A stretch of DNA of 62,294 nucleotides, counting the filler, from Actinomycetota bacterium (GTDB lineage Bacteria > Actinomycetota > Acidimicrobiia > Spongiisociales > UBA4744): the NCBI GenBank assembly GCA_013152275.1. It is 5 parts of 5 records of this genome, joined end to end, with 100 filler letters (N's around TTAATTAATTAA, not from the genome) between each part and the next. Parts side by side here need not be neighbours in the genome. Positions count along the whole stretch, not along the records: positions 29,783 to 51,450 come from JAADGS010000078.1; 4 more parts are not named here. One strand, 5' to 3'. How positions within the stretch are numbered: the stretch's first letter is position 1; each line of letters begins with the position of its first letter. Shown here one piece after another: positions 40,912 through 51,217 of the stretch. The notes under the pieces are model-generated. The model had not been told where the DNA came from and made no database searches. It saw only the letters and a program-made list of their open reading frames with translations. The translations under genes were made by a program, and so were the position numbers.

Positions 40912-41430
40912 CCTGCACCTCCTCACTTCCCGGCGACTCTCTCCACCCATCAGGCACGTCGCGCCAAGGAAGGCCACATCCGAATCGCACCATTGCCGCC
41001 GTCCAAGAGTGATAAGAGCGTTCCGGAGATTCGGGTCGGCGGAGCATCGCTCGCTCTTCCCCCGGTCCTCGAACTCCCTGGACTGGAAGTTCTCACCCGT
41101 TGGGTGCGTTCAGCTCCTCACGGGCTGCGGCCCTGAGTTCGGCGAGCATGGTACCTATCCGGCGGAACGCGCGAGCACTGGTCCCATGCGCGAGTTCGCC
41201 GGCGGTGCGCGCCCGGGGTCCGCGGATCGGAACCTTGTGGCCACCCAAGGTCACCGAGCCTGTCACACGGCCGGCTCTGGACGGAGGACCGTCACCTCAG
41301 TTTCTACGAACTCTGGGACAAGCTCCCCCCGGAGGGAAACCCCGTGACACGCGACAGCCGGGCCTGTCGGTCAACGCCCAACACCGCGTCGGCTCCCAAC
41401 CCTCGCACCCGGATGGAGGCCGGCATCGCC

Positions 41431-41490
41431 GTAACCGATTCGTAACAAGCTGGTCGCAAGCCGGTAACGGCACCGCAATCGGTACGGAAC
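41431..41490 (+). promoter_or_regulatory. Array of six GlnR-type half-sites at 11-bp period
   Basis: GTAAC-n6-GTAAC-n6-GTCGC-n6-GTAAC-n6-GCAAT-n6-GGAAC upstream of amtB. Confidence 0.75.
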
Positions 41491-41557
41491 AAGGGCCGTC
41501 TTAGATGGCTCTGCATGGGCGGATCGCCGGTCTGTGCGTGAGGGAGGAGATCAATAC

Positions 41558-42976
41558 ATGAAGCCCCTGTTCAAATCGTGGTTGCACCAGAGACGCTTGT
41601 GGGTCGCGCTGGTTCTTTTGTTGATCGGGCTTGTCCCGGCCGGAGTTGCCCGTGCGGCCGATCCGACCGGATCCTCGATCATCGACGTGCAAGGCGCCCC
41701 GGGGATCGCGGCGGTAGTCGCGGTCAACTATGCATGGACGCTGATCGCAGCGTTCCTGGTCTTCTTCATGCAGGCGGGTTTCGCGCTGCTGGAGGCAGGG
41801 TCGACACGGATGCGGAACGCCGGCTCGGTGTTCATGAAGAACTTCATCGACTTCTGCATGTGCGGTCTCGCATTCTGGGCGTTCGGTTTCGCTCTCATGT
41901 TCGGGGGCTCCGCGTTGGTGTCGGGGCTCGGTGACGGCAACGCGTTCGTCGGGTTTTCGGGCTTCTTCCTGAGTGGCGAGGCGAACGACGTCGGAACGGC
42001 GGCTTTCTGGTTCTTCCAGATGGTGTTCGCGGCAACCGCGGCCACCATCGTGTCCGGTGCGATGGCCGAGCGAACAAGGCTCGACGCGTACATGGCCTAC
42101 AGCTTCCTCATCTCCGCGTTGATCTACCCGATCTACGGCCATTGGGTGTGGGGCGGCGGATGGCTCGCCACATTGCCGTTCGGCGCCGGCGCGAAGGACT
42201 TTGCCGGATCAGGTGTCGTCCACGCCGTCGGTGGGATCGCCGCGCTGGTCGGGGCGCTGATGGTGGGTCCAAGACGTGGAAAGTTCGATTCCGACGGGCG
42301 ACCTCGGTCGATCCCGGGACACAACATGGGCTACGTCGTCATCGGGGCGATGATCCTGTTCTTCGGCTGGTTCGGTTTCAACCCCGGCAGCACCCTCGCG
42401 GCCACGGACCTCCGCATCTCGGTCATCGCGGTGAACACGTTCCTGGCGGGGATCAGTGGAGCGATCGTCGCCTACTACATCCGTCTGGTTCGGACGGGGA
42501 AGGCCGACATCCCGGTGACCGTCAGTGGCGCCATCGGCGGCCTCGTGGCGATCACCGCCCCGGTTGCCTACGTGGATTCATGGGCGGCAGTCGTCATCGG
42601 TGGGATCGCCGGCGCACTCGTGATCGGCGTTGCCGGGTTCCTGGAGCGGCGGCTGCATCTCGACGATCCCGTGTGGGCGGTCGCCTGCCACGGCGGTGCA
42701 GGCTTGTGGGGGCTCATCGCCGTCGGCATCTTCGCAAACGGTGTCTATGGCGGGGTCTCCGGGCTCATCGTCGGCGACAAGAGCCAGATCATCGCCCAGC
42801 TCATCAGCGTTGTGGCCGTGGTCCTCTGGACGGCCGTCACCTCCGCCATCGTCTTCGGTCTCATCAAGGTGGGGATCGGGCTCAGGGTCTCGGAAGCCGA
42901 CGAGATCACCGGCATCGACGCCACCGAGTTCACGCAGATGGGCTACGTGATGGACGACATGGCAGACCCGTCGTGA
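41558..42976 (+). CDS. amtB: Ammonium transporter
   Basis: FFMQAGFALLE, FQMVFAATAATIVSGAMAER, DFAGSGVVH, GWFGFN, DDPVWAVACHG; GGAGG RBS. Confidence 0.97.
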   Translation: MKPLFKSWLHQRRLWVALVLLLIGLVPAGVARAADPTGSSIIDVQGAPGIAAVVAVNYAWTLIAAFLVFFMQAGFALLEAGSTRMRNAGSVFMKNFIDFCMCGLAFWAFGFALMFGGSALVSGLGDGNAFVGFSGFFLSGEANDVGTAAFWFFQMVFAATAATIVSGAMAERTRLDAYMAYSFLISALIYPIYGHWVWGGGWLATLPFGAGAKDFAGSGVVHAVGGIAALVGALMVGPRRGKFDSDGRPRSIPGHNMGYVVIGAMILFFGWFGFNPGSTLAATDLRISVIAVNTFLAGISGAIVAYYIRLVRTGKADIPVTVSGAIGGLVAITAPVAYVDSWAAVVIGGIAGALVIGVAGFLERRLHLDDPVWAVACHGGAGLWGLIAVGIFANGVYGGVSGLIVGDKSQIIAQLISVVAVVLWTAVTSAIVFGLIKVGIGLRVSEADEITGIDATEFTQMGYVMDDMADPS

Positions 42977-43011
42977 CGTGGCCGGCCCGGCCACACATCT
43001 GGGAGGGATCA

Positions 43012-43050
43012 ATGACCGTTCGAGTACTCAGAGCCAAGAAAGGGACATGA
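43012..43050 (+). CDS. Possible 12-aa micro-ORF MTVRVLRAKKGT
   Basis: GGGAGG RBS; stop overlaps the next ATG (ATGA). Confidence 0.3.
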   Translation: MTVRVLRAKKGT

Positions 43051-43148
43051 ATATGGAAGTAGTTGCTGCCGTCGGAGCCTTTGTCACACTGTTCACCGCC
43101 TTCGTGGTGGTCCCGCGACGACTCGTTCGACGGGAAGAGGACGACTGA
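43047..43148 (+). CDS. 33-aa single-TM microprotein downstream of amtB
   Basis: MNMEVVAAVGAFVTLFTAFVVVPRRLVRREEDD; purine-rich AGAAAGGGA upstream; lies before the operon hairpin. Confidence 0.6.
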   Translation: MNMEVVAAVGAFVTLFTAFVVVPRRLVRREEDD

Positions 43149-43221
43149 AGCAGGCATAACTCCCACAACAGCCGGAGGCCTGCGACGAGTTATCGCTCAG
43201 CGGCAGCGGTAGCGGCCTTCT

Positions 43222-43248
43222 CCGGCATCCCCGCCTGCGGGATGCCGG
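43222..43248 (+). terminator. Hairpin closing the amtB unit
   Basis: CCGGCATCCC...GGGATGCCGG 10-bp stem. Confidence 0.55.
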
Positions 43249-43814
43249 TCTGTCGCGTTCGGATTGACTGTCATCTCATCAAAGAGGTGGTGGCAGGCGT
43301 GCCGCATCGGTCACGGGCATGAGGCGTTCCGGGTCCCGCACTCGACGCTCCCCACCACATCTCTGACAGGTTCTCGGGCGTCGGGCCGATTAATGGACGC
43401 GTGAGGACCCGTTCCGTCCTCGTGCGGACTTGTGCGTCACGCAGGTCGTGTTGGATGGACTCGTCGAGGGGGGCCTCCTGCAGGGCATCGTTGTGATCGC
43501 CTCATCGCCGGATTGGTCAACCGAAAGGATCGACGGGCGGTTGTAGCGGACGTAACGAACGGCTTCGATTCGTCCTTGTGCTGGTCACCGCTTCGGGCTG
43601 CAGCATGCGGCAGGGGGTTGCGTGGCCGGTCTTGCCGTATCTGATCCGGTGTTGCGGGTCCGCGGGCCGAGTAGTGGGGCATGGAGGAACGGGACGAACC
43701 GTCGAGCGACGCCCATGTCGAAGCACTCGTGGCAGTCGGCCAAGATTGCGGTCCGAACCGATGTGAGATTCTTGCCTTGGACATCGTCGAGTGGACTGCA
43801 ACACCATGGCCGGC

Positions 43815-44579
43815 TCAGGCTTCGACGGATACGGCCGCAAGGTCGGTGACCACGACATCCGCCCCGGCTGCCCGCAGCCCGGCCGCGTTGTCATGGCGAG
43901 CCACCCCGATCACAAGGCCGAAGCCGCCGGTGCGGCCGGCGGCGACCCCTGAGATGGCATCCTCGACGACCACTGCCCGCTCGGGATCCACTCCGAGATC
44001 CTCGACCGCAGCGAGGAAAACTGCCGGCGATGGCTTGCCCGCCAGCCCTCGTTGCGCGGCGACCTCTCCGTCGACGATCACGTCGAAGACGTCGTGGACG
44101 CCTGCGGCGTCGAGAACGATGCGGGCGTTCCGGCTGGATGTGATCAATCCGGTGCGGAGACCTGCCTGGCGAAACGCGTCGAGGAGACGCAGCGTCGACG
44201 CGTACGCGTCGGCCCCTTGTTCGGCGATGTGGGAGAGGAACTCGGCGTTCTTTCGGTTGCCCAGTCCGCACACCGTGTCGGCATGTGGCGGGTCGGAGGG
44301 TGATCCCTCGGCGATCGTGATCTCACGCGAGGCAAGAAAGCTGCGCACGCCGTCGTATCGCGGCTTGCCGTCCACGTATTGAAGGTAGTCGGCCGACGCG
44401 TCGAACGGTTTGGCGTCAGGTCCGACATGGCGCACGAGGAACTCGTCGAACATGCTCTTCCACGCTTCGGTGTGGGCTCTCGTCGTATCTGTGACCACGC
44501 CGTCCATATCGAGCACGACTGCATCGAACTCGGCGGCCCGGATAACGACCGTCTCCTCGCTCGTGTCTCGTCTAGCCAT
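43815..44579 (-). CDS. Beta-phosphoglucomutase-family HAD hydrolase
   Basis: LDMDGVVTDT, YVDGKPRYDGVRSFL, GKPSP, VEDAISGV; in an operon with GH65. Confidence 0.9.
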   Translation of the reverse strand: MARRDTSEETVVIRAAEFDAVVLDMDGVVTDTTRAHTEAWKSMFDEFLVRHVGPDAKPFDASADYLQYVDGKPRYDGVRSFLASREITIAEGSPSDPPHADTVCGLGNRKNAEFLSHIAEQGADAYASTLRLLDAFRQAGLRTGLITSSRNARIVLDAAGVHDVFDVIVDGEVAAQRGLAGKPSPAVFLAAVEDLGVDPERAVVVEDAISGVAAGRTGGFGLVIGVARHDNAAGLRAAGADVVVTDLAAVSVEA

Positions 44580-44624
44580 GAGGCGCACTGCAGGAATGGG
44601 AGTGTGTTGTCAGATGTGCGATGT

Positions 44625-45497
44625 TCATCCCTTCGTCCCCGAGGTTGCGAGGCCCTGTACGAAATACCGCTGGAAGATGAAGAAGATGATGGCGATCGGG
44701 AGCGTAGCGAGCATCGTGCCGGCGAGGATGGTGTTCCACGGCTGGGCCTGCCCAAAGGCTGCCCGGATGTTCGCAAGCCCGAGCGGCAGTGTCTGAAGGT
44801 CCGGATTCCCCGGCACGGCGATCAGCGGGTGCATGAAGTCGTTCCACACACCCGCCGTCGACAGGATGGTCAGAGCGATGAGGGCCGGCGCAGCCAGGGG
44901 CAATGCCACTTTCGTGAAGATCTGCCAGGTCGTCGCTCCATCGATGGCCGCCGCCTCGAGCATCTCGTCCGGAAGTTGTTCGAAGAACTGTTTCATGAGA
45001 AAGATGCCAAACGCGTCGAACATCAATGGCAGGATCAGGCCGGCATAGGTATTGAGTATCCCGAGTTCCTTCATGATGAGGAATTTCGGAATCAGCAGCA
45101 CGACGCCGGGTACGGCAAGAACCACGATCACAAAGCCGAAGACCGCTCGTCTGCCCCGGAACCGCATCTTCGCCAACGCGAATCCGGCGATCGAGTCGAA
45201 GAACAACCTGCCGGCTACGACCGAGACGGTGACGACGACAGAGTTGAACGCCCATCTCGGCAGTCGAACGTTGCTCGTGTTGAGCCCGCGGATCCCGTCG
45301 AGTGTCCAGCCGTATTTCGGATCGGCCCACAGCCGGACCGGATTCTGCTGAATGTCCGGCAACGTCTTGAACGAAGTGACGATCGTGAGCACGAAGGGCA
45401 GGATGAACACGAGGGCGAAGAACACGAGAGCCGCGTACCCCAAGAAACGCTTCACGGATGCCTTCGTGATCTTGTCGCGTGCCATTGCGACCGTCAT
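44625..45497 (-). CDS. Carbohydrate ABC transporter permease
   Basis: EAA loop LPDEMLEAAAIDGA; FQRYFVQG. Confidence 0.95.
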   Translation of the reverse strand: MTVAMARDKITKASVKRFLGYAALVFFALVFILPFVLTIVTSFKTLPDIQQNPVRLWADPKYGWTLDGIRGLNTSNVRLPRWAFNSVVVTVSVVAGRLFFDSIAGFALAKMRFRGRRAVFGFVIVVLAVPGVVLLIPKFLIMKELGILNTYAGLILPLMFDAFGIFLMKQFFEQLPDEMLEAAAIDGATTWQIFTKVALPLAAPALIALTILSTAGVWNDFMHPLIAVPGNPDLQTLPLGLANIRAAFGQAQPWNTILAGTMLATLPIAIIFFIFQRYFVQGLATSGTKG

Positions 45498-45498
45498 C

Positions 45499-46581
45499 TC
45501 ACAACTCCCCGCTCGACTTGATGATGCAGCGCTGCAGGAAGGCGAAGATCATGATGACTCCGAACAGAAGGATCGCGATCGCCGCGCCCAGGCCGGCCTC
45601 GGAATTGCGGAAGGACTGGAAGTAGATCCAGAAGGCCGGCGTAATGGTGGTCTTTCGGGGTCCTCCGAAGTTGGTGGCGAATATCTGATCGAACACCTGC
45701 CAGGTGCCGATGAGACCCAGCATGACCACGAAGTAGATCGTCGGGCGCATCATCGGGATGGTGACTCGCCAGAACATCTGAAACGGACCGGCACCGTCAA
45801 CCGTCGCGGCCTCTTCGACCGATGGTGGGATGCTCTGCAGCCCTGCGAGGAAGATGAGCATCATGGTGCCGGTGGTGGTCCAGGTGACGAGCATCATGAT
45901 GGCGAACATCGCCACGCTGGGGCCGGCGAACCAGTCCCAGAGGGTGAGCCCCATGAATTCGATGCCGGCGGCCCACGCGGGTGGTTGATGCACCCCGATC
46001 ACGCCGAGAGCGTTGTGGATCAGTCCGTTTGCATTGTCGAGCCAGTTGATGTTGCCGAACGGCAGAACGGCATTGATCGCTCCTTGCGTCTGGAACATGA
46101 AGACGAAGATCAGTGTCACGGCGATGGAACTCGTGATGGAGGGAAAGTAGTAGGCGGTTCGGAAGAAGCCTTTCCCCTTCAGGGCGGTCTTGTTGAGAAT
46201 GACGGCGATGACGAGTGCAAGGGTCGTCTGCATGGGGACGACCCCGATCACGTAGTAGAAGTTGTTGCGAATCGACCGAGCGAAATCCGTTTGACGAATC
46301 CCGGCCTCGAAGAGCAGCTTGCTGTAGTTCTCGAACCCGATGTAGGGAGTGTCGAACGGCGAAACGAAGCCGTTCCAGTCACGGAAGCTCACCCAGACCG
46401 TGAGGAGGATCGGGATCGCCACGAACAGGATGAGACCGAACACGACAGGTCCGGTGAAGATCCAACCGAGGGCGTTTTCGCTCCGGGAAGCAGACCGTGT
46501 GCGGGACCGCCTGCGAGGCAGCAGGGGACGGTTTCGACGTGGCCTGTCGATCTCGGTCGACGCTTCGTCCTTGGCGACCAT
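45499..46581 (-). CDS. Carbohydrate ABC transporter permease
   Basis: YIGFENY, FFRTAYYFP, LAGLQSIPPSVEEAATVDGA. Confidence 0.95.
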   Translation of the reverse strand: MVAKDEASTEIDRPRRNRPLLPRRRSRTRSASRSENALGWIFTGPVVFGLILFVAIPILLTVWVSFRDWNGFVSPFDTPYIGFENYSKLLFEAGIRQTDFARSIRNNFYYVIGVVPMQTTLALVIAVILNKTALKGKGFFRTAYYFPSITSSIAVTLIFVFMFQTQGAINAVLPFGNINWLDNANGLIHNALGVIGVHQPPAWAAGIEFMGLTLWDWFAGPSVAMFAIMMLVTWTTTGTMMLIFLAGLQSIPPSVEEAATVDGAGPFQMFWRVTIPMMRPTIYFVVMLGLIGTWQVFDQIFATNFGGPRKTTITPAFWIYFQSFRNSEAGLGAAIAILLFGVIMIFAFLQRCIIKSSGEL

Positions 46582-46607
46582 CCCTGGGGCTCCTTCTGTG
46601 AAAACCC

Positions 46608-46640
46608 GAAGGGGGGTCGCCCTGTGGGCGACCCCCCTTC
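46608..46640 (-). terminator. Intercistronic hairpin after the binding-protein gene (mRNA stabiliser or attenuator)
   Basis: GAAGGGGGGTCGCC-5nt-GGCGACCCCCCTTC perfect 14-bp stem. Confidence 0.65.
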
Positions 46641-46646
46641 CTTCGG

Positions 46647-47996
46647 TCAGTGGAGAACGTCCTCCCCTGCCTGCGTGACCTTTGTGATGAGGTCGTCGAC
46701 AGAAGCCGTCCCGTCAACGATTCCTTCGGCGTTCTCGTTGAACACGCCGACCACGTCGTTGAAGCCGGGAACGAAGCCCCAGCGATGTGCGTACGCGGAA
46801 CCGGCAACGAACGCATTCAGGTCAGGATGCGAAGCGATCCAGTCGGCAGACACGGACTTCCGGGCCGGCATCACGTTGAACGCATTCGTCCAGGCAAGCG
46901 ACCCCTTTGCATTGGTCAAGTACTCGACGAACGCCCATGAGGCGTCGGGGTTCTTGGCATCTTTGGCAACACCGTAGCAAACGGTGAATGCGAACGTGCC
47001 CATTCCCGCAGGGCCGGCCGGGAGCTCCGCAACGGCGAAGTTCTTGTCCGGGAAGGCATCTTGCAGGTAGCCGACGATCCAGTTGCCCTCGATCGTCATG
47101 GCTGCCTTGCCTTGCCCGAAGGCCTCACCGGCCCATCCGGCATCGACGGCCTGGGGCTTGATGAAAGACCCGGCCGCATACTGGTCGGCGACGAACTGGA
47201 GGGCAGTTCGCGCGGCATCATTGTCCAGTGTGATCTTGGTTACGGCGTCGTCGGTGAGAGCCGCTCCGGCTTGGAACAGGAACACGGCCCAGCGCGGGTA
47301 CTCGACTCCCATGGTGAGCCCGGCCTGCGCGTCGCCGGCCGCTATCGCTGCGACGTCACCGGTGGTGAGTGTGGCGGCCGCGGCCTCGAGTTCGTCCCAC
47401 GTCGTCGGCACATCGACACCGGCTGCTGCCAGTGCGTCTGGGTCGTACACGAGGGCGAGGGTCGAGAAGTCCTTCGGGGGGCAGTACCACGTGCCGTTGA
47501 ACGTGAATGCGTTACGCAACGACGGGTAGATGTCGTCCGGATCGCTCAACGCTCCATCCGGCACGGGAGCCAACACACCGGCATCGGCAAGGTCCGGCAG
47601 CTTGAAGCTGTCCACGTAGAACACGTCGGGTGGAGCGCCCGAGGCCAACGCCGCCTGAAGTGCGACATCGAACTCCGCTTGCGCCTGGAACTCGGCGTTC
47701 GCTCCGGTGTCGGCCGAGAACTGAGCGACGAGATCCGACAGCGCGGAGTTCTCCGCATCAGACGACGACCAGCCCCATAGGGTGAGATCAACACCCTCGA
47801 GGGCAGGCGTCGGTGTTGCCTCCGTCGTCGAGGAAGTCTCAGACACGGCGGCAGTCGTGGTCGTCGCCTGCGTCGTCGAAGAGGCCCCAGACCCGTCGGC
47901 AGTCGTTGTCGTCACCTCGCTTTCGCTAGTGGTGCTGCACGCCGTGGCCATCAGGGCCAAGACGAGCAGGAATATGATCCATTTGGATCGCTTCAT
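46647..47996 (-). CDS. Sugar ABC transporter substrate-binding lipoprotein
   Basis: Lipobox ATAC, Thr/Ser linker, GAPPDVFY, PTTWDEL, FGQGKAAMTIEGNW. Confidence 0.95.
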   Translation of the reverse strand: MKRSKWIIFLLVLALMATACSTTSESEVTTTTADGSGASSTTQATTTTAAVSETSSTTEATPTPALEGVDLTLWGWSSSDAENSALSDLVAQFSADTGANAEFQAQAEFDVALQAALASGAPPDVFYVDSFKLPDLADAGVLAPVPDGALSDPDDIYPSLRNAFTFNGTWYCPPKDFSTLALVYDPDALAAAGVDVPTTWDELEAAAATLTTGDVAAIAAGDAQAGLTMGVEYPRWAVFLFQAGAALTDDAVTKITLDNDAARTALQFVADQYAAGSFIKPQAVDAGWAGEAFGQGKAAMTIEGNWIVGYLQDAFPDKNFAVAELPAGPAGMGTFAFTVCYGVAKDAKNPDASWAFVEYLTNAKGSLAWTNAFNVMPARKSVSADWIASHPDLNAFVAGSAYAHRWGFVPGFNDVVGVFNENAEGIVDGTASVDDLITKVTQAGEDVLH

Positions 47997-48047
47997 GCCA
48001 TTTCTCCTCTCCTTATCCACCTCGGTGGCTTCCACCGCGGCGGCGGG

Positions 48048-50189
48048 TTACTCCGGCCGAGAACCCTGTGTGAGCAGTCGCTCGTGGCGTACGTTCTGAT
48101 GCATGAATGAGAAACCCAGTGAATCCCAGTGATCGGGCAGTCGAGCGGACGTCGCAGGTGAGCCGCCATCGAGATGCAACCCACCGAACCCGAACAGGGC
48201 GGCCTGCAGGACTCCACCCTGTGTCGCGGCATGGATGCCCTGAGTGCCGTGGACCATGGCATCGTCGTGATCGATCGCGACCGCCCGGACGAAGTACTCA
48301 TATGCGGTCTCAGGCCGACCGATCCGTGATGCCACCAGTGAGTGCATGGCCAGGCTGAGGGACGATCCGTGATCGGTGATGGGGGCGTAGAAGTCGAAGG
48401 CGGCCGCGAGGGCACCGGGAACGGTGCCGTGTTCGTCGAGAAGCGCAAGTGCCATGAGCACGTCTGCCTGCTTGACCAACTGGATCTCCTGTGCCCGCTT
48501 GTCGCCGAACAGTTCGTACAGGGACTGCCTGCTCGGATGGAACGCCGCGACGTCCACCACGTCCAGGTTGAAGAAGCCCTCATGCTCCTCCCATACGCCC
48601 CCTTCGTCCTTTCGAAGCACGATGAGGTCTGCCAGATCTCCGTACCGGGCCAGGTCGTCGCCTTTGATCGACAGAGCCTGGAGCAGCTTCCGTGAACTCA
48701 CGGGATCGGTGTCATCGAGCCAGGCGGCTGCGACGGCCGCCTGCCGAAGCTGCCATGCCGCCATTGCGTTCGTGAAGAAGGAGTCGTTGACGTGCTCGTG
48801 GTACTCGTTGGGACCGATCACGTTGCGGATATGGGCACCGTCCGATCCGATCTCGAGCCGACTTGCCCAGTACTTGGCGCCGTCGAGGACCATCTCGGTC
48901 CCGTACCGCGCCATGAACGCGTCGTCACCCGACCACCGGTGATAGTGATCGGTGGCCCAGGCAACGCAGGCCGTGATGTGCTCTTCGAGCTCACCGGTCC
49001 AGATACGAATCCGTTCCCCGTCCTCTTTTCGACCCCACTTGGGAGTGACTTCGTCGCCGGTGTCGGCGGCTTCCCACGCATAGAACGCTCCCTGGCGTCC
49101 CAACCGGGCTGCCTTCTGTCGGGCGCTGGGGAGACCTCTATGCCGGTACCGCAGATGCGTGGCCGCCAGATCGGGTTGAGAGATCGTGAGGTACGGCACC
49201 ACGTATATGTCTGTGTCCCAGAACACATGATGGCGGTAGCCATATCCAGAAAGCAGACGGGCCCCGATGCTGCCCCGAGTGTCCTGGGGTGGCGCGGCTG
49301 CGATGAGATGGAATGCAGCAAACCGAAGTGCACGTTCGGCTTCGGGATCGCCCCCGACGTCGATCCGGCTGGTCTCCCATCGTCGCGACCAGTGGGGGAT
49401 CGAGGCCGCAACCACGGTGTCGAAGCCGGCATCGAGTGCCGCCACTGCGCGGTTCGGCCGGCCCGGGACCGTGTAGCGGGCCATCTTGGTGAGCGTGCGG
49501 GAGGCACCTGGCTCCAGCGTGAACGTTCCCCGGAACCTGGGATGCGAAGCGTCATGCACCAGGGCGAGAGCATCCAAGCCGGACAGCCGGCATTGAACGG
49601 TGAGGTCATGTGCGCCGTCGACACTTCGAGCTGACAGCGACAGCGATCGGGCGTCGATCCGATCCCATCCGGTTGCATCCCAGAGGGCCCCGAAGGGGCC
49701 GGCCACGGAGGCATCGATTCCCGTCTCGATGGTGATCGTCACCGGCTCCGTCAGCGCCGTGAAGGTCACGTCGAGCGCCACGAGGCCCGGATCCTCCATG
49801 GAGGCCGTGCGGCGGAAGATGGCTTTCACGACTCCGGTTTCGGCGCCCTTCCAGACCACGGTGCGGGTCACGACGCCGGTCCGCATGTCGAGGCGCCGTT
49901 CGAACCCGGCAGGAGGACGACGGTCGAGCCGGAACGGCTCACCATCAACCGTGATGATGATCCCCGTCCAATCGGGTACGGCGCCGAGCACCGGCAGGTC
50001 CCCTGGAGGAGTCACGAACAGACCGTGAATGAATGTGGCAGGCTCCTGCCCCTCGAACCCCTCTTCGAACGTGCCGACCGTGCCAAGGTACCCGTTGCCG
50101 ACGGTGAAGAGGGGGGCTCGCCAGGGCGCCATCTCGGGTACGAGGCGATCGTCGACGTACTCCCATGTGGACGCCCGGTAGTGCAACAT
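48048..50189 (-). CDS. GH65 alpha-glucoside phosphorylase
   Basis: FTVGNGYLG, GYRHHVFWDTD, GPNEYHE, KQAD, HGSSLS. Confidence 0.93.
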   Translation of the reverse strand: MLHYRASTWEYVDDRLVPEMAPWRAPLFTVGNGYLGTVGTFEEGFEGQEPATFIHGLFVTPPGDLPVLGAVPDWTGIIITVDGEPFRLDRRPPAGFERRLDMRTGVVTRTVVWKGAETGVVKAIFRRTASMEDPGLVALDVTFTALTEPVTITIETGIDASVAGPFGALWDATGWDRIDARSLSLSARSVDGAHDLTVQCRLSGLDALALVHDASHPRFRGTFTLEPGASRTLTKMARYTVPGRPNRAVAALDAGFDTVVAASIPHWSRRWETSRIDVGGDPEAERALRFAAFHLIAAAPPQDTRGSIGARLLSGYGYRHHVFWDTDIYVVPYLTISQPDLAATHLRYRHRGLPSARQKAARLGRQGAFYAWEAADTGDEVTPKWGRKEDGERIRIWTGELEEHITACVAWATDHYHRWSGDDAFMARYGTEMVLDGAKYWASRLEIGSDGAHIRNVIGPNEYHEHVNDSFFTNAMAAWQLRQAAVAAAWLDDTDPVSSRKLLQALSIKGDDLARYGDLADLIVLRKDEGGVWEEHEGFFNLDVVDVAAFHPSRQSLYELFGDKRAQEIQLVKQADVLMALALLDEHGTVPGALAAAFDFYAPITDHGSSLSLAMHSLVASRIGRPETAYEYFVRAVAIDHDDAMVHGTQGIHAATQGGVLQAALFGFGGLHLDGGSPATSARLPDHWDSLGFSFMHQNVRHERLLTQGSRPE

Positions 50190-51211
50190 CAGCGATCCGC
50201 TTGCCTGGCCGGATTGGTGCTGGCACGTATGACGAGTTCGGGTGCCAAGGTTCCCGAGCGAGGTGCCGCACCGGCGGTCTCGTCGAGACGCTCGACCAGC
50301 ATCTCTACGACCAGTTCACCGACCGATTCCATCGGCTGGCGGATGCTGCTGAGCGGCGGAGCGGAAAAGGCCGCACTCGGGATATCGTCGAAGCCGACCA
50401 CCGCCACATCACTGCCGACCTCCAGACCGGCGTCACGGATCGCGCTCATCGCTCCGAGCGCAAGGGCGTCTTGCACTGCAACGACCGCAGTCGGAGGCCT
50501 GTCGAGGCGCAGGAGGTGCTCCATCGCCTCGATGCCTGGCACAACTCCGTTCTCGACGCGCACGGTGAGTTCGTCACGGACGGCGATCCCTGCGTCTTCC
50601 AGACCAAGGCGGTATCCGGCTGCCCGTTCGTCACCGGTGATGGATCCTTCCGGCCACCCGATCAGGGCGATGTCGTGATGGCCCACCTCAACGAGGTGGG
50701 CGACCGCCTGTCGCACCCCCGCGCGCCCATCCACATCGACCCACGGGTGCTCGTCGGGAGTGTCGGTGCGGCCGAACGTAACGAAGGGAAACCTGACGTC
50801 GAGGAGGTACGTGATCCGGTCGTCGTTGCGGCCGGTACCCGATATCACGAAGCCGTCGACGGCACCGCGGCGAATCATTTCCCGGTAGGCATCGACCTGG
50901 GTCTGGCCAGGTCTCGGCGTGAACAGCACAATGTCGAGATCCGCTCTTCCGGCCCGCTCGACCATACGGTGGAGGAAAACGTCCAGAGCGAACCCGTCGG
51001 TCACTCCTGGTATCTCATACCCGATCGAGAACGTGCGCTGCTGCTGGAGGGCTCTGGCTGCGCGGCTGGGTTCATATCCCAGCTGCGCAATCACGGCGGT
51101 GACGCGTTCACGTGTGTCTGGCGCTACGACATCCGGAGAATTCAACACGTTGGAGACCGTGGCAGCAGATACTCCGGCTGCTCTGCCGACGTCCTTGATC
51201 GTGACTCGCAT
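50189..51211 (-). CDS. LacI-family transcriptional regulator
   Basis: TIKDVGRAAGVSAATVSNVLN; VVGFDDI; PPLSSIRQP. Confidence 0.97.
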   Translation of the reverse strand: MRVTIKDVGRAAGVSAATVSNVLNSPDVVAPDTRERVTAVIAQLGYEPSRAARALQQQRTFSIGYEIPGVTDGFALDVFLHRMVERAGRADLDIVLFTPRPGQTQVDAYREMIRRGAVDGFVISGTGRNDDRITYLLDVRFPFVTFGRTDTPDEHPWVDVDGRAGVRQAVAHLVEVGHHDIALIGWPEGSITGDERAAGYRLGLEDAGIAVRDELTVRVENGVVPGIEAMEHLLRLDRPPTAVVAVQDALALGAMSAIRDAGLEVGSDVAVVGFDDIPSAAFSAPPLSSIRQPMESVGELVVEMLVERLDETAGAAPRSGTLAPELVIRASTNPARQADR

Positions 51212-51217
51212 AGTGTC

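Noticed and set aside
41000..41420. SAM/SAH or c-di-AMP riboswitch between the methyltransferase and amtB
   Set aside because: Could not match the conserved cores on either strand; an Rfam scan would settle it.
43275..43325. CTCATCAAAGAGGTGG...CATGAG resembling the start of a SAM-I riboswitch
   Set aside because: No GCAACC/P3 element, too short, and no suitable downstream gene.
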